Shown in pieces: positions 29,161 through 35,966 of a stretch of DNA of 64,000 bases; positions within the stretch are counted from its first letter, which is position 1, and each line of letters starts with the position of its first letter. Origin of the DNA: Oscillospiraceae bacterium (lineage in GTDB: Bacteria; Bacillota; Clostridia; Oscillospirales; Acutalibacteraceae); the NCBI GenBank assembly GCA_031282735.1, contig JAITDE010000018.1:30057-94056 (forward strand). The letters run 5' to 3'. The notes under the pieces are model-generated. The model saw only the letters and a program-made list of their open reading frames with translations, was not told where the DNA came from and made no database searches. The position numbers and the translations under genes are program-made.

Positions 29161-29220
29161 CACGATCGCTCCATTCTAAATCATTCATAATCATTCATAA
29201 ACCGTGCGCACGATGCGCGG

Positions 29221-29241
29221 GGAAATAATCATATTATTTCC
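29221..29241. promoter_or_regulatory. Perfect palindrome in the leader of the GRE operon (candidate operator or RNA hairpin)
   Basis: GGAAATAAT-CAT-ATTATTTCC, 7 nt downstream of the -10 box. Confidence 0.45.
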
Positions 29242-29247
29242 ATATGA

Positions 29248-29276
29248 ATTATATGATAACGCATTGCGCTTGTCAA
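29248..29276 (-). promoter_or_regulatory. Promoter of the 5-gene GRE operon
   Basis: Minus strand has TTGACA, a 17-nt spacer and TATAAT (full consensus). Confidence 0.65.
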
Positions 29277-29348
29277 GCGGTTCAACTGAAAAACATAGTA
29301 TACATATGGGATTGCTTTTTGTGTAAATTGCTATATTTTAAAAAACAG

Positions 29349-29377
29349 TTGACAGCACCGCGTGAACGCGCTATAAT
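29349..29377 (+). promoter_or_regulatory. Promoter of the ABC/MetY/sulfur-carrier operon
   Basis: TTGACA, a 17-nt spacer and TATAAT (full consensus), 20-30 nt upstream of the first start codon. Confidence 0.65.
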
Positions 29378-29406
29378 CATATTAAATCTGTAGGAATATG
29401 GTATTT

Positions 29407-30282
29407 ATGCAAAAGACGATTTCAAAGATGATTGCGTTGCTTTCGGCACTGTTGTTTTTGTCCGCCTGCGGCGCGTCGGGAGTTTCAACGCCCAAGACCG
29501 CACAAGCGCAAACGCAAGCGAAAACGCCGCGGCGCGTGGTTTCGCTCTATGCCTCCTACAGCGCGGCATGGCTGGCGGCGGGCGGATCCCTTGCGGGCGT
29601 TACGGACGACGCGGTCAACGAACGCCATTTGGATGTTGGTGGCGCCGCGTTGGTGGGCAGTCTCACGCGCCCGAGTTTGGAAAAAATCCTAGCCCTTGAG
29701 CCCGATTTAATTCTCGCGTCGCCCGATGTTCCTGGGCAATTGGCGTTACAAGCGCAATTTTTGAATCTGCAAATTGACGCGCGCTATTACGGTTGCGACA
29801 CGTTTGAGGCATACAAGGTGATGATGGAAGATTTTTTGTCGTCCACGGGACGCGACGATCTGCGCGAAAAGCTGATCGGCACACCCGAAGCGCAGATCAA
29901 ACAGGCAAAAGTCCTCGCGCAGGGCAAAACGCCGCGCAGCGTGTTGTTATTGCGGGCAAATTCCTCCGGCGTGCAAGTCAAAAGCGAGGGTACGGTCGCC
30001 GCAGAGATTTTGCGGGATTTGGGCGCGGTCAATATTGCGCAAAAAGAGCCGTCGCTGTTGCGGGAGCTATCGCTTGAAATCATCCTGCGGGAAAATCCGC
30101 AGTTCATTTTTGTTGTGCCGCAGGGTATCGACGATGCGCAAACGGCGATTGACGCGCTCGATCCGTCGTGGAGAAGCCTGACGGGGCAATTTATCGCACT
30201 GCCGAAAGATCTTTATCATTACAAGCCGAACGAACGCTGGGGGGAAGCCTATGCACAGCTTGCGGCAATCCTTTACGATTAA
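29407..30282 (+). CDS. ABC transporter substrate-binding lipoprotein, Fe-siderophore/heme/cobalamin (cluster A, PF01497-like) type
   Basis: Lipobox LLFLSAC and typical class III SBP layout. ATG 29407 has better RBS spacing than 29398. Confidence 0.8.
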   Translation: MQKTISKMIALLSALLFLSACGASGVSTPKTAQAQTQAKTPRRVVSLYASYSAAWLAAGGSLAGVTDDAVNERHLDVGGAALVGSLTRPSLEKILALEPDLILASPDVPGQLALQAQFLNLQIDARYYGCDTFEAYKVMMEDFLSSTGRDDLREKLIGTPEAQIKQAKVLAQGKTPRSVLLLRANSSGVQVKSEGTVAAEILRDLGAVNIAQKEPSLLRELSLEIILRENPQFIFVVPQGIDDAQTAIDALDPSWRSLTGQFIALPKDLYHYKPNERWGEAYAQLAAILYD

Positions 30283-31246
30283 GTTCGGCGCACTGGCGGC
30301 GGCGTTGATTGCCGCGATTTTTCTGGGATTTTCGTTGGGTGCGGTGCGTCTTCCCGCGTGGGACAGCCCCATTTTTTTGCAGGTGCGTTTGCCGCGCGTT
30401 TGCGCGTGTATTTTATGCGGGGCGGCGTTGGCGGCGGCGGGATTGCTTAGCCAAACATTGCTGGGCAATCCGCTTGCGAGCCCTGCTTTGTTGGGCGTGA
30501 ACGCGGGCGCGGGTTTGGCGATTGCGGGCGCGGGTGTGCTTGCGTTGGCGGCAAAACATCTGCCATTGGTTGCGTTCGCCGGCGCGGTGGTCGCCTCGTT
30601 GCTGATTTTTTGTTTGAGCCTGCGCACCAAACGCAGCGCGTTGCTGTTGGCCGGCGCGGCAATCTTGAGCATGTTTTCGGCGGCGATCGACGCGGTGCAC
30701 ACGCTTTTTCCCGCGGCGTTGCCAAGTTACAGCGCGTTCATGCTGGGCAACTTCAGTTCGGTCAGCTGGCGACGCATCACGCCGTCATATCTTTTTGTGG
30801 TCGCGGGGATCATAACGGCTTTTTTGCTTTGCGGGCAGTTGGATGTTTTCGCGCTTGGCGATGAAACGGCACGATCCTTGGGGCAACGCGTGCATGTTGT
30901 TCGCGCGGCGGCGTTGCTTGCGGGGGCGGTTCTTGCGGGCGCGGCGGTGAGCATCTGCGGTCTTTTGGGCTTTGTGGGGCTAATGAGCCCGCACTTGGCG
31001 CGGATGATTTTCCGCACGGCAAAGCACAGTGTTCTGTTGCCCGCGTGCTTGCTGTTGGGTGCGGCGCTTGTCACGTTTTGCGACACCATGAGCCGCACGT
31101 TGTTCGCGCCCTACGAACTCCCCGCAGGCATTGCGCTCAGTCTTATCGGCGGTCCGTTTTTTCTTTATTTGCTTCTCCACAAACGCCCTGCTTTTTCTTC
31201 AGAAAAATCTACTTTTTCTGAAGAAAAAGTAGCAAAAAGACTTTAG
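30251..31246 (+). CDS. FecCD-family ABC permease; last ~20 codons and the stop are supplied by a repeat element
   Basis: LRLPRV..., GAALAAAG and GGPFFLYLLL are FecCD/BtuC hallmarks. The tail PAFSSEKSTFSEEKVAKRL-TAG lies in hairpin repeat copy A. Confidence 0.88.
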   Translation: MHSLRQSFTIKFGALAAALIAAIFLGFSLGAVRLPAWDSPIFLQVRLPRVCACILCGAALAAAGLLSQTLLGNPLASPALLGVNAGAGLAIAGAGVLALAAKHLPLVAFAGAVVASLLIFCLSLRTKRSALLLAGAAILSMFSAAIDAVHTLFPAALPSYSAFMLGNFSSVSWRRITPSYLFVVAGIITAFLLCGQLDVFALGDETARSLGQRVHVVRAAALLAGAVLAGAAVSICGLLGFVGLMSPHLARMIFRTAKHSVLLPACLLLGAALVTFCDTMSRTLFAPYELPAGIALSLIGGPFFLYLLLHKRPAFSSEKSTFSEEKVAKRL

Positions 31247-31256
31247 CCGCTTCGCG
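31197..31256 (+). repeat. Hairpin repeat family, copy A
   Basis: CTTCAGAAAAATCTACTTTTTCTGAAGAAAAAGTAGCAAAAAGACTTTAGCCGCTTCGCG. Core 11-bp stem CTACTTTTTCT/AGAAAAAGTAG. Confidence 0.85.
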
Positions 31257-31299
31257 TATCCGGATTCATCCGGCAAAAATTTTCTTTGGAGGAAACATC

Positions 31300-32013
31300 G
31301 TGCTCTCGTTTTGTCATGTTGATTTTGCATATGATAAACCCGTTCTGCACGACGTTTCGTTTGCGTTGCGCACCGGAATGACATGCGTACTTTCGCCCAA
31401 CGCGGGCGGCAAGAGCACACTGCTCAAACTCGCGGCCGGATTGCTGAAACCGCAAAGCGGTCAAATCCTGCCGCAATACAAGTCTCCGAAAATCCGTGCG
31501 CAAAACGTTGCCTTGCTCCCGCAGTGGAATCGCGTGCCGGAACTGACGGTTTATGAACTCGCGGCCCACGGACGCTACCCGCATCTTTCGGCGGGGCACG
31601 TGCTCCGCGCGCGCGACAAGGAGATCATCGGCGCGGCGTTGGAACAAACGGGCGCAATCGCGTTCCTCCACAGGAAGCTGGGGGAAATTTCAGGCGGACA
31701 GCGGCAAAAAGCCGCGCTCGCCATGGCGCTGGCGCAGGAAACCCCCTTGCTGTTGCTCGATGAACCGACGACATACCTTGATATCAAAGTGCAGTTGGAA
31801 TTGATGGAACTGTTGCAAAGCTTGCCGAACAAAAAGATATTGATGGCAATCCACGATATTCCCCTCGCGCTGCGGTTTTGCGATTATGCCATGGTGTTGC
31901 GTGACGGGCGGTTGATATTTGACGGCGCGTGTGCGGATCTTCCCGCAAGCGGCGCGTTGGAATCGGCATTCGGTGTCACAAATTTGGAAAGGAGCTCGGT
32001 GCATGCGTTTTAA
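31300..32013 (+). CDS. ABC transporter ATP-binding protein (FecE/BtuD type)
   Basis: Walker A SPNAGGKSTLL, signature ISGGQRQ, Walker B LLLLDEP. GTG start behind GGAGG. Confidence 0.9.
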   Translation: MLSFCHVDFAYDKPVLHDVSFALRTGMTCVLSPNAGGKSTLLKLAAGLLKPQSGQILPQYKSPKIRAQNVALLPQWNRVPELTVYELAAHGRYPHLSAGHVLRARDKEIIGAALEQTGAIAFLHRKLGEISGGQRQKAALAMALAQETPLLLLDEPTTYLDIKVQLELMELLQSLPNKKILMAIHDIPLALRFCDYAMVLRDGRLIFDGACADLPASGALESAFGVTNLERSSVHAF

Positions 32014-33160
32014 TACACGGCTTTTGCATGGCGACGCGCAAACGAATCCCTATGGAGCGACACTGCCGCCGATTGTGCAAAGTTCCGCCTTTGCGCACGA
32101 GAGCGCGGAACAGCTCGAAAAAATATTTGAGAACAAAGCGCCCGGATTTGCCTATTCGCGCATCGGTAATCCAACCGTCGCGGCTTTTGAAAAACGGATG
32201 TCCGTGCTTGAGGGCGGCATTGACGCGATCGCCTGTGCCAGTGGGATGGCGGCGGTCAGCATGGCACTGTTGGCGTTCCTGCGAAGCGGCGACGAAATCA
32301 TAGCCGGCAGTGGATTGTTCGGCGGCACACTGGATCTGTTGGGCAATTTTGCGGCGTTTGGTATCAAGACTACGTTTCTTGAAAGCGTCACGGCCGAAGC
32401 TGTTCACTCGGCGGTCACGCCGAACACCCGCGTTATTTTTGCGGAATACATCGGCAATCCCAAATTGGATGTAACGAATATCCGCGCCGTTGCGCAAGCC
32501 GCCGACGCGCACGGCATTGCGTTGGTCGTCGACAGCACGACGGCGACGCCCGCGCTGATTAGACCTTTGGAGGAGGGTGCGCATGTGGTTGTGCACAGCA
32601 GTTCAAAATACATCAACGGCGGCGGCAGCGGCATTTCGGGCGTGATCATCCCGGGTGCGCGTGTTCCGGCGACGCCCGCGCTGGAAGCGTTTCAAAAATA
32701 CGGCAAATTTGCCTATGTGCAGCGGATACGACAAGATATTTGGCGCAACTTCGGTCCTTGCCTCGCGCCCGAAAACGCCTATCTCAACTGTTTGGGGCTT
32801 GAAACGCTTGGATTGCGTATGGAGCGACTTTGCGCCAACGCGGCGGAACTCGCGGCGTATCTGGAACAGCAGGGTTTGGAGGTGCGGTATCCCGCGATCG
32901 GTGCGATTCTAACCGTGCGGGCGGGGACGAAAGCGCGGGCGTTCGCGCTCATCAACGCGCTGCGCTATGCGAAAATCGCGTCGAACATCGGCGATGTGCG
33001 CACCTTGGTGATCCATCCGTCCAGCACGATTTATCTCCACAGCAGCGAAGCGCAAAAACGCGCGGCGGGCGTATATGACGACCTCATCCGCGTGAGCGTC
33101 GGCATTGAAGACATTGCGGATCTCAAAGAGGATTGGAGGCGAGCGATTGATGCCACCTGA
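32003..33160 (+). CDS. metY: O-acetylhomoserine sulfhydrylase-family PLP enzyme (MetY/CysD type)
   Basis: FNTRLLHGD..., YSRIGNPT and the PLP-Lys region HSSSKYINGGG. The ATG overlaps the ATPase gene end by 11 nt. Confidence 0.88.
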   Translation: MRFNTRLLHGDAQTNPYGATLPPIVQSSAFAHESAEQLEKIFENKAPGFAYSRIGNPTVAAFEKRMSVLEGGIDAIACASGMAAVSMALLAFLRSGDEIIAGSGLFGGTLDLLGNFAAFGIKTTFLESVTAEAVHSAVTPNTRVIFAEYIGNPKLDVTNIRAVAQAADAHGIALVVDSTTATPALIRPLEEGAHVVVHSSSKYINGGGSGISGVIIPGARVPATPALEAFQKYGKFAYVQRIRQDIWRNFGPCLAPENAYLNCLGLETLGLRMERLCANAAELAAYLEQQGLEVRYPAIGAILTVRAGTKARAFALINALRYAKIASNIGDVRTLVIHPSSTIYLHSSEAQKRAAGVYDDLIRVSVGIEDIADLKEDWRRAIDAT

Positions 33161-34010
33161 TTACAAGGCACTCAAAAACGGCGGATTCATGCGCCAAGTG
33201 CAAAAAAATTGTTTCAGTTTGCGGCTCAAGGTCGTGGGCGGAAATTTAACGGCGGAACAGCTTTGCGTGATTGCCGAAATCAGCCGCAAATACGGGCGAG
33301 GCACGGTTCACCTAACTTCACGGCAGGGCGTGGAAATTCCGTTTATCAAGTTGGATGATGTGGAACGTGTTCGGACGGAATTGGCGGAGGGCGGTGTGGA
33401 TACAGGTGTTTGCGGTCCGCGTGTGCGCACGGTGACGGCTTGCCAAGGGAGGGCGATTTGCCCTGGCGGATGCATTGAGACATATCCGCTGGCGGAAGCG
33501 ATCAGCGAACGCTATTTTGGGCGCGCATTGCCGCATAAATTCAAGTTCGGCGTCGTCGGATGCGTGAACAACTGCCTCAAAGCGGAGGAAAACGACATCG
33601 GTATCAAAGGCGGTTATGCCGTATCTTGGCTACCCGAAAAATGCACGCTGTGCGGCGTTTGTGTGCCCGCTTGCCGCGAAAACGCGATTGCAATCGACGG
33701 CGGCGGTCTGTCAATGGACGATACGCGATGCAATCACTGCGGGCGATGCGTGAAGAGTTGTCCATTTGACGCTTGGAGCGGAGAACCTGTATATTTGCTC
33801 AGTTTCGGCGGCACGTTCGGCAATTTGATTGCAAAGGGCGAAGCGATTTTGCCCATCCTGCACACCGAAGAAGAGATTTTCCGCGCGAGCGACGCCGCCT
33901 TGGCTTTTTTTGATCAATATGGAAAACCCGGCGAACGTTTTCGTGTCTCGATTGAACGCGAAGGTTGGGCAAGCTTTCAAAAATATATAACGGAGGCAGT
34001 GTATGGCTGA
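33150..34010 (+). CDS. Small sulfite/nitrite-reductase-like protein with inserted 2x[4Fe-4S] ferredoxin domain
   Basis: Siroheme-[4Fe-4S] Cys pattern (CGPRVRTVTAC...CPGGC..., GCVNNC) plus CTLCGVCVPAC and CNHCGRCVKSC. 286 aa. Confidence 0.75.
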   Translation: MPPDYKALKNGGFMRQVQKNCFSLRLKVVGGNLTAEQLCVIAEISRKYGRGTVHLTSRQGVEIPFIKLDDVERVRTELAEGGVDTGVCGPRVRTVTACQGRAICPGGCIETYPLAEAISERYFGRALPHKFKFGVVGCVNNCLKAEENDIGIKGGYAVSWLPEKCTLCGVCVPACRENAIAIDGGGLSMDDTRCNHCGRCVKSCPFDAWSGEPVYLLSFGGTFGNLIAKGEAILPILHTEEEIFRASDAALAFFDQYGKPGERFRVSIEREGWASFQKYITEAVYG

Positions 34011-34233
34011 ATTTGTGGACATCACGGATGTCGTTTGTCCCGTGACATTCGTCAAAGTTAAAGTTGCGCTGGAGGAGCTTGACGATGGGCAGGAATTGCA
34101 AATCAGGCTCAACGGCGGCGAACCCGTGCAAAACGTGCCGCGCAGCATCAAGGAAGAGGGGCATCAGGTGCTCAAGCTGACGCAAAATGAGGACGGCACT
34201 TACAACCTGCTTGTGCGGAAGGAGGGTGATTAA
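34003..34233 (+). CDS. TusA/SirA-family sulfurtransferase
   Basis: 76 aa with the conserved Cys-Pro motif (DVVCPVTFVKVKVAL). Confidence 0.8.
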   Translation: MAEFVDITDVVCPVTFVKVKVALEELDDGQELQIRLNGGEPVQNVPRSIKEEGHQVLKLTQNEDGTYNLLVRKEGD

Positions 34234-34234
34234 T

Positions 34235-34531
34235 ATGCCGGCAATCACGGCTCAAACGCCCGTTCTGCTTGATTTTTACAGCGAGAGCTGCGCCCCGTGC
34301 AGGCGGCTCAAACCCGTATTGGCGGCATTGGCGCAAATGTTTGAGGGGCGCGTGGAAATCCAAAAAATCAACGCGGGCAATCATCCCGAACTGGCGGAGG
34401 CATACGACGTGCAAACCCTGCCGACCCTGCTTTTGCTCCATTGCGGCAAAGAACTCTGGCGCGGCACGGGATTCATCACGCAGGAAATACTTGACGCGAA
34501 GCTCAATCAAATATTGGAGGGAATGCAATGA
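34235..34531 (+). CDS. Thioredoxin-family protein
   Basis: LLDFYSESCAPCRRLKP (CxxC), ~98 aa from ATG 34235. Confidence 0.85.
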   Translation: MPAITAQTPVLLDFYSESCAPCRRLKPVLAALAQMFEGRVEIQKINAGNHPELAEAYDVQTLPTLLLLHCGKELWRGTGFITQEILDAKLNQILEGMQ

Positions 34532-34752
34532 AAATTGTGGTAACAGGCATCGAAAAACAAGCGGCGGAGGGACTGACAATCGCCCAATTGATTGCGGATG
34601 AAAATGTGGAAAGCCCCGCGTATGTGACCGTTTCGCTCAACGATACGTTCGTTGAACAGGGTGCGTTCCCGCACACCGTGCTCCATGAGGGAGACAGTGT
34701 GGAATTTTTATATTTCATGGGCGGAGGGCGACCGTATGCCATTCACCAATGA
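34528..34752 (+). CDS. ThiS/MoaD-like sulfur-carrier protein with C-terminal extension after GGG
   Basis: 74 aa beta-grasp-size protein ending ...VEFLYFMGGG-RPYAIHQ. The ATG overlaps the trx stop (ATGA). Confidence 0.75.
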   Translation: MKIVVTGIEKQAAEGLTIAQLIADENVESPAYVTVSLNDTFVEQGAFPHTVLHEGDSVEFLYFMGGGRPYAIHQ

Positions 34753-35545
34753 ACAGCTCGAACGGTATTCGCGGCATATTTTGCTCAGCGAAGTGGGCGT
34801 AAAAGGGCAACGCAAACTGATGAACGCCAAAGTGCTGATCATCGGCGCGGGCGGTTTGGGCGCACCCGCGGCACTCTACTTGGCGGCGGCAGGCGTTGGA
34901 ACAATCGGCATTGCTGACGCGGACGAAGTGGATCTTTCAAATCTGCAAAGGCAGGTGATCCACACGACAGCCGATATTGGCAAAGCCAAAGCGCTTTCGT
35001 CCAAAGAGACTATGCTGGCGATCAATCCGGAAATCACCGTCAACACGTATTTCATGTTTGCGGACGCTTCAAATATTTTGGATTTGATTGCCGATTATGA
35101 TTTTATCATAGACGGCACGGATAATTTTCCCGCAAAATTTTTGATTAACGACGCGTGTGTGCTGGCGGGCAAGCCGTTTTCGCACGCGGGGATACTGCGT
35201 TTCGGCGGGCAATTGACGACCTATGTGCCGGGGCAAGGAGCGTGCTACCGTTGTATATTCAAAGAACCACCGCCCAAGGACGCCGTTCCCACCTGCAAAC
35301 AAGCGGGCGTGATCGGCGCGATGGGCGGTGTGATTGGATCGCTCCAAGCAATGGAGGCGGTCAAATATGTGATCGGCAAAGGCGATTTGCTCACGGGGCG
35401 GTTACTGACATATGACGCTTTGAAGATGGATTTTCGCACAATCCGCGTGCCGCGCCGTGCAAATTGTGCGGTTTGCGGGGAACATCCGACCATCACAAAA
35501 CCCGTCGATTACGAACAAACGGAGTGTGATTTGCGTGCGGATTGA
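34736..35545 (+). CDS. ThiF/MoeB/HesA-family adenylyltransferase (E1-like)
   Basis: YSRHILLSEVGVKGQ, the GAGGLGAPAALYLAAAG nucleotide loop and CxxC pairs (CYRC, CAVC). Confidence 0.9.
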   Translation: MPFTNEQLERYSRHILLSEVGVKGQRKLMNAKVLIIGAGGLGAPAALYLAAAGVGTIGIADADEVDLSNLQRQVIHTTADIGKAKALSSKETMLAINPEITVNTYFMFADASNILDLIADYDFIIDGTDNFPAKFLINDACVLAGKPFSHAGILRFGGQLTTYVPGQGACYRCIFKEPPPKDAVPTCKQAGVIGAMGGVIGSLQAMEAVKYVIGKGDLLTGRLLTYDALKMDFRTIRVPRRANCAVCGEHPTITKPVDYEQTECDLRAD

Positions 35546-35966
35546 ATTGCGGCGGATCGATTTTGACGCCATGGTGGCATACGCGCAAGCCCAGTTGCCG
35601 AATGAGGCTTGCGGATTGATTGGTGGGATAATCTGCGGAAAAACAAAGTACGTCAAAAAAATCTATCAATTGACGAACTTAGATCACAGCCCTGAACATT
35701 TTTCCCTTGATCCCAAAGAACAGTTGATCGCGCTCAAAGACGCAAGGAGCGGCGGCTTGCAATTGATCGGCAACTGGCACAGTCACCCATCCACGCCCGC
35801 GCGCCCGTCGGAGGAGGACATTCGGCTGGCGTTTGATCCAACGGCAAGCTACCTCATTTTGTCGCTGGCGGCGGAAAAACCCACGCTGAAAAGCTTTTGC
35901 ATCACCGGAGGAATCGCGGCGGCGGAAGATTTGGTGATTGACAATGAATATCGGACGTTAGGATAG
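35535..35966 (+). CDS. JAMM/MPN+ metalloprotease (Mec+/HcyD/QbsD type)
   Basis: EACG...GNWHSHPSTPARPSEEDI matches the E...HxHx7Sx2D JAMM motif. Proposed GTG start at 35535. Confidence 0.85.
   Translation: MRIELRRIDFDAMVAYAQAQLPNEACGLIGGIICGKTKYVKKIYQLTNLDHSPEHFSLDPKEQLIALKDARSGGLQLIGNWHSHPSTPARPSEEDIRLAFDPTASYLILSLAAEKPTLKSFCITGGIAAAEDLVIDNEYRTLG

Noticed and set aside
29278-29406. SAM, T-box or cobalamin riboswitch ahead of the ABC/MetY operon
   Set aside because: The consensus -10 box lies only ~20-30 nt from the first start codon, which leaves no room for an aptamer. The rest of the spacer belongs to the divergent promoter.
33150-34010. Candidate GRE-activating radical-SAM enzyme (Cys-rich protein close to the GRE operon)
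   Set aside because: Its Cys motifs are ferredoxin-type CxxCxxCxxxC, inserted in a sulfite/nitrite-reductase-like fold. There is no N-terminal CxxxCxxC, and the gene belongs to the opposite-strand sulfur operon.
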